NCBI GenBank assembly: GCA_964016885.1 | Contig: OZ024740.1 | Coordinates: forward strand, 361,522,001-361,586,000 | Reading direction: 5' to 3' | DNA from: Eledone cirrhosa | Taxonomy: Eukaryota | Length of the DNA: 64,000 bases | Part shown: piece after piece, positions 52,370-64,000 of the stretch | Position numbering within the stretch: the stretch's first letter is position 1 | Layout: the number at the start of each line of letters is the position of its first letter | Program-made: the position numbers and the translations under genes | The notes under the pieces: model-generated | What the model was told of the DNA's origin: nothing | Database searches by the model: none | What the model saw: only the letters and a program-made list of their open reading frames with translations

Positions 52370-52676
52370 ACACACAGACTCACACACACGCACACTCACA
52401 TATATAAATATATATATATATATATATACACACTCTCTAGTTGAGGTTTACGAAGGCAGAAAATCGGTATTGGTACGTCTATATAGACATACACGACATT
52501 CTCTTTCATCTAGATTCTTTCTATATTTTACAGTAATTAATTCTTACAATCAATTATCCGGTAATACAAACCCTAAATCGGGGACTGTTTTCAGTCGAGA
52601 TATCATACAATACAGTTTTGAACGACAGGGTTCATAAAATCCTTTGGGCTGCTTTTCAAGAGTATTTCCATGTATT

Positions 52677-52960
52677 GGACCTCCGTCGGTTTCGACGACA
52701 TGTGTACCAGTTGTTCGGACAAGCCAATTCATGAAATCAACGTATAAGTGGCTGAGCATTCCACAGAGAGATTCAGTATCAAACAGTGTATGGCGAAGTT
52801 GGTCCTTTGAATTACTGGTACAACCCATTTCCCCCTCAAACTGAGTGTACTGGAGCAACGGGAAATAAAGTGTCTTGTTCAAGGACACACAGCATTGCCG
52901 GGAATCGAACTCATGACTCTATTTTCGTGAGCCGAACACCATATCCCCTAAGCCACGCGT
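52677..52960 (-). mobile_element. SINE family B
   Basis: aaagtgtcttgttcaaggacac..gggaatcgaactc..ctaagccacgcg. Confidence 0.8.
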
Positions 52961-53296
52961 GTGTCATATAACTGCTTAGATTTACAACAGAATTTGATAT
53001 GAAAAGTAATTGGTTAAATCCAAGATATGATTTAACCCTTTCACATTACTATATTTCTAATGAAAGACATTGTCCATGATTTTTTCTTTTTTCTTGCTTT
53101 TGTGTATTTTTTCTTTGTCTTTCTATCCCCCGTAGAAAGGCGTAGCCCGTAACCTTATGTACTAACATTTTTCACATCTGCTGGTTAAACTAATATTTTC
53201 AATTTGCACCATCTATATATCATCATACCATTTAACGTATATATATACGGACGGTCGCTTTAGATTCTCTTAGAGTTGTCTGAGATATATAGCCTT

Positions 53297-53379
53297 ACAC
53301 ACGCTGATGAACCATGGGCTAATCATTTCTGTCAACAACTTATTTGGCGAAACAGATCTTTTGGGATTTGTACGTGTGT
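53297..53379 (+). ncRNA. Type I hammerhead ribozyme motif with a full-length stem III
   Basis: acacacg CTGATGA acca..tggc GAAA cagatct tttg ggatttg TA cgtgtgt; 7-bp stem I and a GUA cleavage triplet. Confidence 0.75.
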
Positions 53380-53622
53380 TAGATAGTTATCGAGGTATGT
53401 ATTTACACTTTAATTTATACTTTTAATTATTGTGTGTCTGCTCTGCCTTCCATGGGCTATAGATCCCACACACTGGTGGTTTTTCCCTGTTTGATTGATG
53501 GCGCACTATCTCTCTCTGGTGTGTTATCTTTTCAACATTTTGTATTATAAAGGGCTCGGGACTCCTCCTTTGAGCAAATTATTGACAGGGAATAGCGAGA
53601 GTCTATGGCTCCGTTAATTTAT

Positions 53623-53716
<94 letters not shown>

Positions 53717-54019
53717 GTGTGTGTGTGTGTGACAAGAAAAATGACGCAGTCAGGTAACTAGAGATACATAAGTATTTTACAAGGGCGGTAATAAAAGGAG
53801 AAGGGAGAGAAGAAGCTAGATAAATTGCGTATAGCTGAAAAGTAAATAAAGATAAATATATAAATTAATAAATGAATGAATAAATAAATAGATAAAAATA
53901 AAGAAAGATAAGGAAACAGCAGTAATTCACTGTCGATTGTTATTAATATGTTAGCTGCTAACAGTAGTTACCTGCTATGGGTAAGTGGGTAGTTAGTTTG
54001 CTGGCTGTTGTTAGTAAAT

Positions 54020-57000
54020 GTTGGTAGACTGTTGGTAGAGGGTTGGTAGCGTGGTAGAGGGTTGGTAGAGAGGTAGAGGGCTGGTAGACTGTTGGTAGAG
54101 TGATAGAGGGTTGGTAGACTGTTGGTAGAGTGGTAGAGGGTTAGTAGACTGTTGGTAGAGTGATAGAGGGTTGGTAGACTGTTGGTAGAGTGGTAGAGGG
54201 TTAGTAGACTGTTGGTAGAGTGGTAAAGGGTTGGTAGACTGTTGGTAGAGTGGTAGAGGGTTGGTAGACTGTTGGTAGAGTGGTAGAGGGCTGGTAGACT
54301 GTTGGTAGAGTGATAGAGGGTTAGTAGACTGTTGGTAGAGTGGTAGAGGGTTGGTAGACTGTTGGTAGAGAGGTAGAGGGCTGGTAGACTGTTGGTAGAG
54401 TGATAGAGGGCTGGTAGACTGTTGGTAGAGTGGTAGAGGGTTAGTAGACTGTTGGTAGAGTGATAGAGGGTTAGTAGACTGTTGGTAGAGTGGTAGAGGG
54501 TTGGTAGACTGTTGGTAGAGTGATAGAGGGTTAGTAGACTGTTGGTAGAGTGGTAGAGGGTTGGTAGACTGTTGGTAGAGAGGTAGAGGGTTGGTAGACT
54601 GTTGGTAGAGTGATAGAGGGCTGGTAGACTGTTGGTAGAGTGGTAGAGGGTTAGTAGACTGTTGGTAGAGAGGTAGAGGGCTGGTAGACTGTTGGTAGAG
54701 TGGTAGAGGGTTGGTAGACTGTTGGTAGAGAGGTAGAGGGCTGGTAGACTGTTGGTAGAGTGATAGAGGGCTGGTAGACTGTTGGTAGAGTGGTAGAGGG
54801 TTGGTAGACTGTTGGTAGAGTGATAGAGGGTTAGTAGACTGTTGGTAGAGTGATAGAGGGTTGGTAGAGAGGTAGAGGGTTGGTAGACTGTTGGTAGAGT
54901 GGTAGAGGGCTGGTAGACTGTTGGTAGAGTGGTAGAGGGTTGGTAGACTGTTGGTAGAGTGGTAGAGGGTTAGTAGACTGTTGGTAGAGTGATAGAGGGT
55001 TGGTAGACTGTTGGTAGAGTGGTAGAGGGTTAGTAGACTGTTGGTAGAGTGATAGAGGGTTGGTAGAGAGGTAGAGGGTTGGTAGACTGTTGGTAGAGTG
55101 GTAGAGGGCTGGTAGACTGTTGGTAGAGTGGTAGAGGGTTGGTAGACTGTTGGTAGAGTGGTAGAGGGTTAGTAGACTGTTGGTAGAGTGATAGAGGGTT
55201 GGTAGACTGTTGGTAGAGTGGTAGAGGGTTAGTAGACTGTTGGTAGAGTGATAGAGGGTTGGTAGAGAGGTAGAGGGTTGGTAGACTGTTGGTAGAGTGG
55301 TAGAGGGCTGGTAGACTGTTGGTAGAGTGGTAGAGGGTTAGTAGACTGTTGGTAGAGTGATAGAGGGTTGGTAGAGAGGTAGAGGGTTGGTAGACTGTTG
55401 GTAGAGTGGTAGAGGGCTGGTAGACTGTTGGTAGAGTGGTAGAGGGTTGGTAGACTGTTGGTAGAGTGGTAGAGGGTAAGTAGACTGTTGGTAGAGTGAT
55501 AGAGGGTTGGTAGACTGTTGGTAGAGTGGTAGAGGGTTAGTAGACTGTTGGTAGAGTGATAGAGGGTTGGTAGACTGTTGGTAGAGAGGTAGAGGGTTAG
55601 TAGACTGTTGGTAGAGTGATAGAGGGTTAGTAGACTGTTGGTAGAGTGATAGAGGGTTGGTAGAGAGGTAGAGGGTTGGTAGACTGTTGGTAGAGTGGTA
55701 GAGGGCTGGTAGACTGTTGGTAGAGTGGTAGAGGGTTGGTAGACTGTTGGTAGAGTGGTAGAGGGCTGGTAGACTGTTGGTAGAGTGGTAGAGGGTTGGT
55801 AGACTGTTGGTAGAGTGGTAGAGGGTTAGTAGACTGTTGGTAGAGTGATAGAGGGTTGGTAGACTGTTGGTAGAGTGGTAGAGGGTTAGTAGACTGTTGG
55901 TAGAGTGATAGAGGGTTGGTAGAGAGGTAGAGGGTTGGTAGACTGTTGGTAGAGTGGTAGAGGGCTGGTAGACTGTTGGTAGAGTGGTAGAGGGTTGGTA
56001 GACTGTTGGTAGAGTGGTAGAGGGTTAGTAGACTGTTGGTAGAGTGATAGAGGGTTGGTAGACTGTTGGTAGAGTGGTAGAGGGTTAGTAGACTGTTGGT
56101 AGAGTGATAGAGGGTTGGTAGAGAGGTAGAGGGTTGGTAGACTGTTGGTAGAGTGGTAGAGGGCTGGTAGACTGTTGGTAGAGTGGTAGAGGGTTAGTAG
56201 ACTGTTGGTAGAGTGATAGAGGGTTGGTAGAGAGGTAGAGGGTTGGTAGACTGTTGGTAGAGTGGTAGAGGGCTGGTAGACTGTTGGTAGAGTGGTAGAG
56301 GGTTGGTAGACTGTTGGTAGAGTGGTAGAGGGTAAGTAGACTGTTGGTAGAGTGATAGAGGGTTGGTAGACTGTTGGTAGAGTGGTAGAGGGTTAGTAGA
56401 CTGTTGGTAGAGTGATAGAGGGTTGGTAGACTGTTGGTAGAGAGGTAGAGGGTTAGTAGACTGTTGGTAGAGTGATAGAGGGTTGGTAGACTGTTGGTAG
56501 AGTGGTAGAGGGTTGGTAGACTGTTGGTAGAGTGGTAGAGGGCTGGTAGACTGTTGGTAGAGTGGTAGAGGGTTGGTAGACTGTTGGTAGAGTGGTAGAG
56601 GGTTAGTAGACTGTTGGTAGAGTGATAGAGGGTTGGTAGACTGTTGGTAGAGTGATAGAGGGCTGGTAGACTGTTGGTAGAGTGGTAGAGGGTTAGTAGA
56701 CTGTTGGTAGAGTGATAGAAGGCTGGTAGACTGTTGGTAGAGTGGTAGAGGGTTGGTAGACTGTTGGTAGAGTGGTAGAGGGTTAGTAGACTGTTGGTAG
56801 AGTGATAGAGGGTTGGTAGACTGTTGGTAGAGTGATAGAGGGCTGGTAGACAGTTGGTAGAGTGGTAGAGGGTTAGTAGACTGTTGGTAGAGTGATAGAG
56901 GGTTGGTAGACTGTTGGTAGAGTGGTAGAGGGTTAGTAGACTGTTGGTAGAGTAGTAGAGGGTTAGTAGACTGTTGGTAGAGTGATAGAGGGCTGGTAGA

Positions 57001-59952
57001 CTGTTGGTAGAGTGGTAGAGGGTTAGTAGACTGTTGGTAGAGTGATAGAGGGTTGGTAGACTGTTGGTAGAGTGGTAGAGGGTTAGTAGACTGTTGGTAG
57101 AGTGGTAGAGGGTTAGTAGACTGTTGGTAGAGTGGTAGAGGGTTAGTAGACTGTTGGTAGAGTGATAGAGGGCTGGTAGACTGTTGGTAGAGTGGTAGAG
57201 AGTTGGTAGACTGTTGGTAGAGTGGTAGAGGGTTAGTAGACTGTTGGTAGAGTGATAGAGGGTTGGTAGACTGTTGGTAGAGTGATAGAGGGCTGGTAGA
57301 CTGTTGGTAGAGTGGTAGAGGGTTAGTAGACTGTTGGTAGAGTGGTAGAGGGTTAGTAGACTGTTGGTAGAGTGATAGAGGGCTGGTAGACTGTTGGTAG
57401 AGTGGTAGAGGGTTAGTAGACTGTTGGTAGAGTGATAGAGGGTTGGTAGACTGTTGGCAGAGTGGTAGAGGGTTAGTAGACTGTTGGTAGAGTGGTAGAG
57501 GGTTAGTAGACTGTTGGTAGAGTGGTAGAGGGTTAGTAGACTGTTGGTAGAGTGATAGAGGGTTGGTAGACTGTTGGCAGAGTGGTAGAGGGTTAGTAGA
57601 CTGTTGGTAGAGTGGTAGAGGGTTAGTAGACTGTTGGTAGAGTGGTAGAGGGTTAGTAGACTGTTGGTAGAGTGATAGAGGGTTGGTAGAGAGGTAGAGG
57701 GTTGGTAGACTGTTGGTAGAGTGGTAGAGGGTTAGTAGACTGTTGGTAGAGTGGTAGAGGGTTGGTAGAGAGGTAGAGGGTTGGTAGACTGTTGGTAGAG
57801 TGGTAGAGGGTTAGTAGACTGTTGGTAGAGTGGTAGAGGGTTGGTAGAGAGGTAGAGGGTTGGTAGACTGTTGGTAGAGTGGTAGAGGGTTGGTAGAGAG
57901 GTAGAGGGCTGGTAGACTGTTGGTAGAGTGGTAGAGGGTTAGTAGACTGTTGGTAGAGTGGTAGAGGGCTGGTAGACTGTTGGTAGAGTGGTAGAGGGTT
58001 GGTAGACTGTTGGTAGAGTGGTAGAGGGTTGGTAGAGAGGTAGAGGGCTGGTAGACTGTTGCTAGAGTGGTAGAGGGTTAGTAGACTGTTGGTAGAGTGG
58101 TAGAGGGTTGGTAGAGAGGTAGAGGGTTGGTAGACTGTTGGTAGAGTGGTAGAGGGCTGGTAGACTGTTGGTAGAGTGGTAGAGGGTTGGTAGACTGTTG
58201 GTAGAGTGGTAGAGGGTTAGTAGACTGTTGGTAGAGTGGTAGAGGGTTAGTAGACTGTTGGTAGAGTGGTAGAGGGCTGGTAGACTGTTGGTAGAGTGGT
58301 AGAGGGCTGGTAGACTGTTGGTAGAGTGGTAGAGGGTTAGTAGACTGTTGGTAGAGTGGTAGAGGGTTAGTAGACTGTTGGTAGAGTGGTAGAGGGCTGG
58401 TAGACTGTTGGTAGAGTGGTAGAGGGCTGGTAGACTGTTGGTAGAGTGATAGAGGGTTAGTAGACTGTTGGTAGAGTGGTAGAGGGTTAGTAGACTGTTG
58501 GTAGAGTGGTAGAGGGTTAGTAGACTGTTGGTAGAGTGGTAGAGGGCTGGTAGACTGTTGGTAGAGTGGTAGAGGGCTGGTAGACTGTTGGTAGAGTGAT
58601 AGAGGGTTAGTAGACTGTTGGTAGAGTGGTAGAGGGTTAGTAGACTGTTGGTAGAGTGGTAGAGGGTTAGTAGACTGTTGGTAGAGTGGTAGAGGGCTGG
58701 TAGACTGTTGGTAGAGTGGTAGAGGGCTGGTAGACTGTTGGTAGAGTGGTAGAGGGTTAGTAGACTGTTGGTAGAGTGGTAGAGGGTTAGTAGACTGTTG
58801 GTAGAGTGGTAGAGGGCTGGTAGACTGTTGGTAGAGTGATAGAGGGTTAGTAGACTGTTGGTAGAGTGGTAGAGGGTTAGTAGACTGTTGGTAGAGTGGT
58901 AGAGGGTTGGTAGAGAGGTAGAGGGTTGGTAGACTGTTGGTAGAGTGGTAGAGGGTTGGTAGAGAGGTAGAGGACTGGTAGACTGTTGGTAGAGTGATAG
59001 AGGGTTGGTAGACTGTTGGTAGAGAGGTAGAGGGCTGGTAGACTGTTGGTAGAGTGATAGAGGGTTGGTAGACTGTTGGTAGAGTGATAGAGGGTTAGTA
59101 GACTGTTGGTAGAGTGGTAGAGGGTTAGTAGACTGTTGGTAGAGTGGTAGAGGGTTGGTAGACTGTTGGTAGAGTGGTAGAGGGTTGGTAGACTGTTGGT
59201 AGAGTGGTAGAGGGTTGGTAGACTGTTGGTAGAGTGGTAGAGGGTTGGTAGACTGTTGGTAGAGTGGTAGAGGGTTGGTAGACTGTTGGTAGAGTGGTAG
59301 AGGGTTAGTAGACTGTTGGTAGAGTGATAGAGGGTTGGTAGACTGTTGGTAGAGTGATAGAGGGTTGGTAGACTGTTGGTAGAGTGATAGAGGGTTAGTA
59401 GACTGTTGGTAGAGTGGTAGAGGGTTGGTAGACTGTTGGTAGAGTGATAGAGGGTTGGTAGACTGTTGGTAGAGTGATAGAGGGTTAGTAGACTGTTGGT
59501 AGAGTGATAGAGGGTTAGTAGACTGTTGGTAGAGTGATAGAGGGTTAGTAGACTGTTGGTAGAGTGATAGAGGGTTAGTAGACTGTTGGTAGAGTGATAG
59601 AGGGTTAGTAGACTGTTGGTAGAGTGATAGAGGGTTAGTAGACTGTTGGTAGAGTGATAGAGGGTTAGTAGACTGTTGGTAGAGTGATAGAGGGTTAGTA
59701 GACTGTTGGTAGAGTGATAGAGGGTTAGTAGACTGTTGGTAGAGTGATAGAGGGTTAGTAGACTGTTGGTAGAGTGATAGAGGGTTAGTAGACTGTTGGT
59801 AGAGTGATAGAGGGTTAGTAGACTGTTGGTAGAGAGGTAGAGGGTTAGTAGACTGTTGGTAGAGTGATAGAGGGTTGGTAGACTGTTGGTAGTGTGGTAG
59901 AGGGTTGGTAGACTGTTGGTAGAGTGGTAGAGGGTTGGTAGACTGTTGGTAG
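54020..59952. repeat. 30-bp satellite array of about 5.9 kb with 19-bp variant units
   Basis: Consensus gttggtagagtggtagagggttggtagact, with variants tga/agg and tta/ctg. Confidence 0.97.
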
Positions 59953-60574
59953 TTGTCTGCAGAGAACTTCTTGAAAAGAACAAAAATAAAACAAAAGATT
60001 AGTGATAGTAGTTTATCATAGCTAGTTAACAACAGAACTAACACAATGTGATTCAGAATAGAGGCGTACACGGAAGCATATATACAATATGTTTATGTAT
60101 AATAAACATGCACAGTCTGGCGTGGTGTGCTTTTCGGGAAGGCCTGAGTAGAGAGGAAACATCAGTCCAGCAAGCTGCGAGAAGCAGAGACCAATGTAGT
60201 TGCGATAGAAGAGGATGAAATAGCAGGTCCATGAGTGAGAGGCTAGAGAGTAATAGAAAATGACTTTAAACCGATGAGCCGGATATCTTTCCTTTTAAAC
60301 TTGTAACTCCTGGTAGAGTCGTAGGGGCGCCACAGCGACTTACGGCGTTTCTTGAACATTTTGTTTAAATCTAGCGGAGCCCACTCCTCTCCTGAAATAT
60401 CGGATATCTACCAGATGTAATAAAATGTGTGTGGAGGGGAATTATAAAACCTACAGATGTTAAAAGGAAATTTTAAGGAGCAGTAACTAAGTATTCAACC
60501 TATTTTAAATAGTGATATCAAGGAATGGCAAAGACTTACTCAATATAAGGAGTTGTAATATATATAAACAAAGA

Positions 60575-60710
60575 GAGTTCAAATCATGCTGAGGTTAGCT
60601 TTGCCTTTCCTCCTTACGGTGTCAATAAAATAAAGTACCAGTAAAACACTTGGGTCAATTTAATCAACTTTCCCCTCCTCCAAAATTGTTGGCCTTGTGC
60701 CTAAATCACA
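60575..60710 (+). mobile_element. SINE family A (5'-truncated)
   Basis: gagttcaaatc..ctttgcctttc.tccttacggtgtcaataaaataaagtaccag. Confidence 0.8.
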
Positions 60711-61287
60711 AGCCAATATATATAAACAAAGACCCAATCGGCAATCTTTTATTAATGTTTTATCTTTTTATCCTTTCATATTTTTTGCAAACATACGACG
60801 AAGTTTGTTCAAAGAAGATTGACAAAAGGAAAGAAGCTAGCCCTTTGAATTACAGGTACGGTCCACTCGGTTGGCTTCCTATGAATTGTTTTTCTTTTGT
60901 ACGATATATAGTTTGTACGATAGGGAAAGTGTGTTTCACTCTACTTTTCTATGAACTGGATTATTGTCGAGAATTAAACAATCTTTGTACATGATAATTG
61001 ATTTACATCGCCTATTCATTAGTTACGATACCAAACGCCTACAATCGGCGGGTGACAAACCACAATGAAAGACAATTTTGTAAAGAAATACTTCATGCTT
61101 TTAAACAACTGCACTAACTTATACACGAGAAGATAATTTTAGCTGTATGTCAGGCGATCAAATTTATGAAGTTCCAGCCATACCTACTAACTATTCGTCA
61201 TCACGGAGGAAAAGTCGTTAATTTTTTTTTAATGTCTTTTTTCATACACGCTTGTATGTATGTATGTATGTATGTATGTATGTATAT

Positions 61288-61523
61288 CAGAGGCAGAGAA
61301 AAGGGGGGAGGGGCCGGGATAAGGGGGCCATGCTCCCCCACAAAAATTATATTCTCCCCAAACTACCAAAACACACATCTATTTGTACATGCGCTACAAT
61401 TTCTGTACATGTTATGTAGAGGCAGATGGGAGAGATAGATATATATATAGAGAGAGGGGGAGAGTTTGGTGGTAATTGATATAGAGAGAAAGGTTAGGAA
61501 AGTGTGTTGTATATTAGATATAT
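61288..61523. mobile_element. Left part of the non-autonomous DNA-transposon-like repeat plus GA-rich units
   Basis: Starts cagaggcag..; homologous to 12120-12305 and 13920-13995. Confidence 0.55.
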
Positions 61524-62866
61524 ATTTCTATTTATTTGCCACCAGGGCATCAAAGATTGGGACAAATACAAAGGGAGGAGTTTACATACATTTAAAAAGA
61601 CGTGTAAAAAACATATAACAAATTAAATTTAACAATCGATGTCTTCAATAGGGAGGGGCGTTGACATGGGTCGCACACACCCCCGAAAAAATGTGCAACC
61701 CTCCTCTTCAGGAGCACAAAGAGCGGGTGCTTCCTTCCTCTTCTCATTCTTCTCCTCTCTCACCTACAGGCTGATATAGAGAGAAGGCCCATTCACTCGG
61801 GCCATTCTCGCTACTTTCACCCATCTTTCATAAAACTTGCTGGGGTAGAGCACCTCTCTCTCCATTCTGATCCTTCTTCTAAAGTGGTACTTGAAAAAAA
61901 AGACCAGTTGTTGGCCGGAGAGAAAGGTGTCTGACCTCAGCCCTTTCAACCTTGTCCACCATACAACTTCTTTCGCCATGGCTATCACACAGAGGAAAAC
62001 CGCCTCTCTTTCGTTTTTGAAAGGGGGAGGCGGTTTGATTGTGACAATGTTCTCGGTGGTCAACCGGATTGGTTCCACCCGCGACAGTAGTCGTTCTACA
62101 TAGCCCCACAGGTCAGCAACGCCCGGGCAGTGTACGAATGCGTGTGCGACGGTTTCCTCGTCACGCACGCATCTTGGACAGATCTTCTTCGAGGGGTCCC
62201 TACCCGGGCGCCCGTGTCTGTAGAGCTTGTCCCGAACGGGTAGAGCTCCTCGGTAACATTGCCAAGCCAGGGACTTTTGGAAGTTGTCCATCGGTCCCGG
62301 GCCAAACGTCCTACCGAACAGACTGGCCAGCTCGTCTTCCTCCATGCCCAGAGCCTCTCCGAGAGCGTCGTCGCACTTGCTGCGCACCAACCCTCTATAG
62401 AATGTTGAGGTTGAGTCTCCACTGATTGCCGGATCCGCTTGCCAGAGGCCCGTGAGCGCCTGGGCACATTCAATGTGCCAGTCGCCCACTTTTCTCGGTC
62501 TTTGCTTGACCCAGGATTGCAGCTCGGTGAGTGAGACGAGTCTCGGAAAGGCTCGCCTCACAAACAGGGCCCACACCGGCTGACCGGTGAGGAATACCTG
62601 GAGGTGCCGTAGCCTTAATGCGTGTCTACGCATCGTCAGCCACGGCATCCCCATCCTTCCGTTCGAAGGGTGTTGACAGCAGATGGATCTTCTCACCAAA
62701 GGAGCCCGCTTCTTCCAAAGAAATCGGAAGAGCGCGCGCTCCATTTAGGCAAGTGTTTTCTCTGGGCAAGGCACGACGGTCAAGCGGTAGTAGATGACGG
62801 ACGCTATATAAGCGTTTGCCACCTCCGCTCGACCTTTCAGGGATAGTTTGCACTCGGCCCACTTCT

Positions 62867-62868
<2 letters not shown>
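61524..62868 (-). mobile_element. L1/Tx1-clade LINE 3' part (ORF2 C-terminus open for 326 aa, zf-RVT, 3'UTR)
   Basis: LFRFLW..GRMGMPWL, AWQCYRGALPVRDKL, CPRC..ETVAHAFVHC; nearly identical to 12340-13018. Confidence 0.92.
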
Positions 62869-63899
<1,031 letters not shown>

Positions 63900-64000
63900 T
63901 GACTATAAAAGAAAAACGAACACAGATACATACATATATGAGTTCAAATAAGGGACCAGATTCGCTAAGGTGAAAAGAATACTAACTATAGACAATAGGG

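Noticed and set aside
54020-59952. Telomeric repeat
   Set aside because: Units contain agggttag only in some variants and there is no tandem (TTAGGG)n.
58062-60071. 669-aa and 368-aa ORFs, (LYQQSTNPLP)n and (TLYHSTNSLP)n
   Set aside because: By-product of a 30-bp unit with no stops in two minus-strand frames. The 19-bp units shift frame freely and there is no unique coding domain.

Overview
Eukaryotic, AT-rich and almost entirely repetitive DNA. The density of (TA)n/(CA)n/(GA)n/(TATG)n microsatellites and the two dominant tRNA-derived SINE families suggest an animal genome, probably a cephalopod such as Octopus (inference, not verified). No confident host protein-coding gene was found; there is one weak candidate exon at about 46.8-47.3 kb. 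Mobile-element remnants present: five Penelope-like element (PLE) bodies, CRE-clade, R4/Dong-clade, L1/Tx1-clade and RTE-clade LINE pieces, a DD37D (maT) transposon, a tiny Tc1/mariner MITE, and a 1,012-bp non-autonomous Helitron with both termini. Tandem repeats include a 35-bp minisatellite and a roughly 5.9-kb 30-bp satellite. The most notable pattern is a dozen or more type I hammerhead ribozyme (HHR) motifs or half-motifs from many distinct short elements, mostly anchored in (TA)n tracts. Several of these elements are fold-back palindromes that break in or next to HHR stem II and lose the CUGANGA half. Other highlights are a Helitron ORF of 23-aa STPR-like repeats that ends on the element's terminal CTAG, and two Tx1-like LINEs sitting in the same GA-rich repeat inside the same non-autonomous element. 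All alignments and folds were done by eye, and coordinates of degenerate repeats are approximate.
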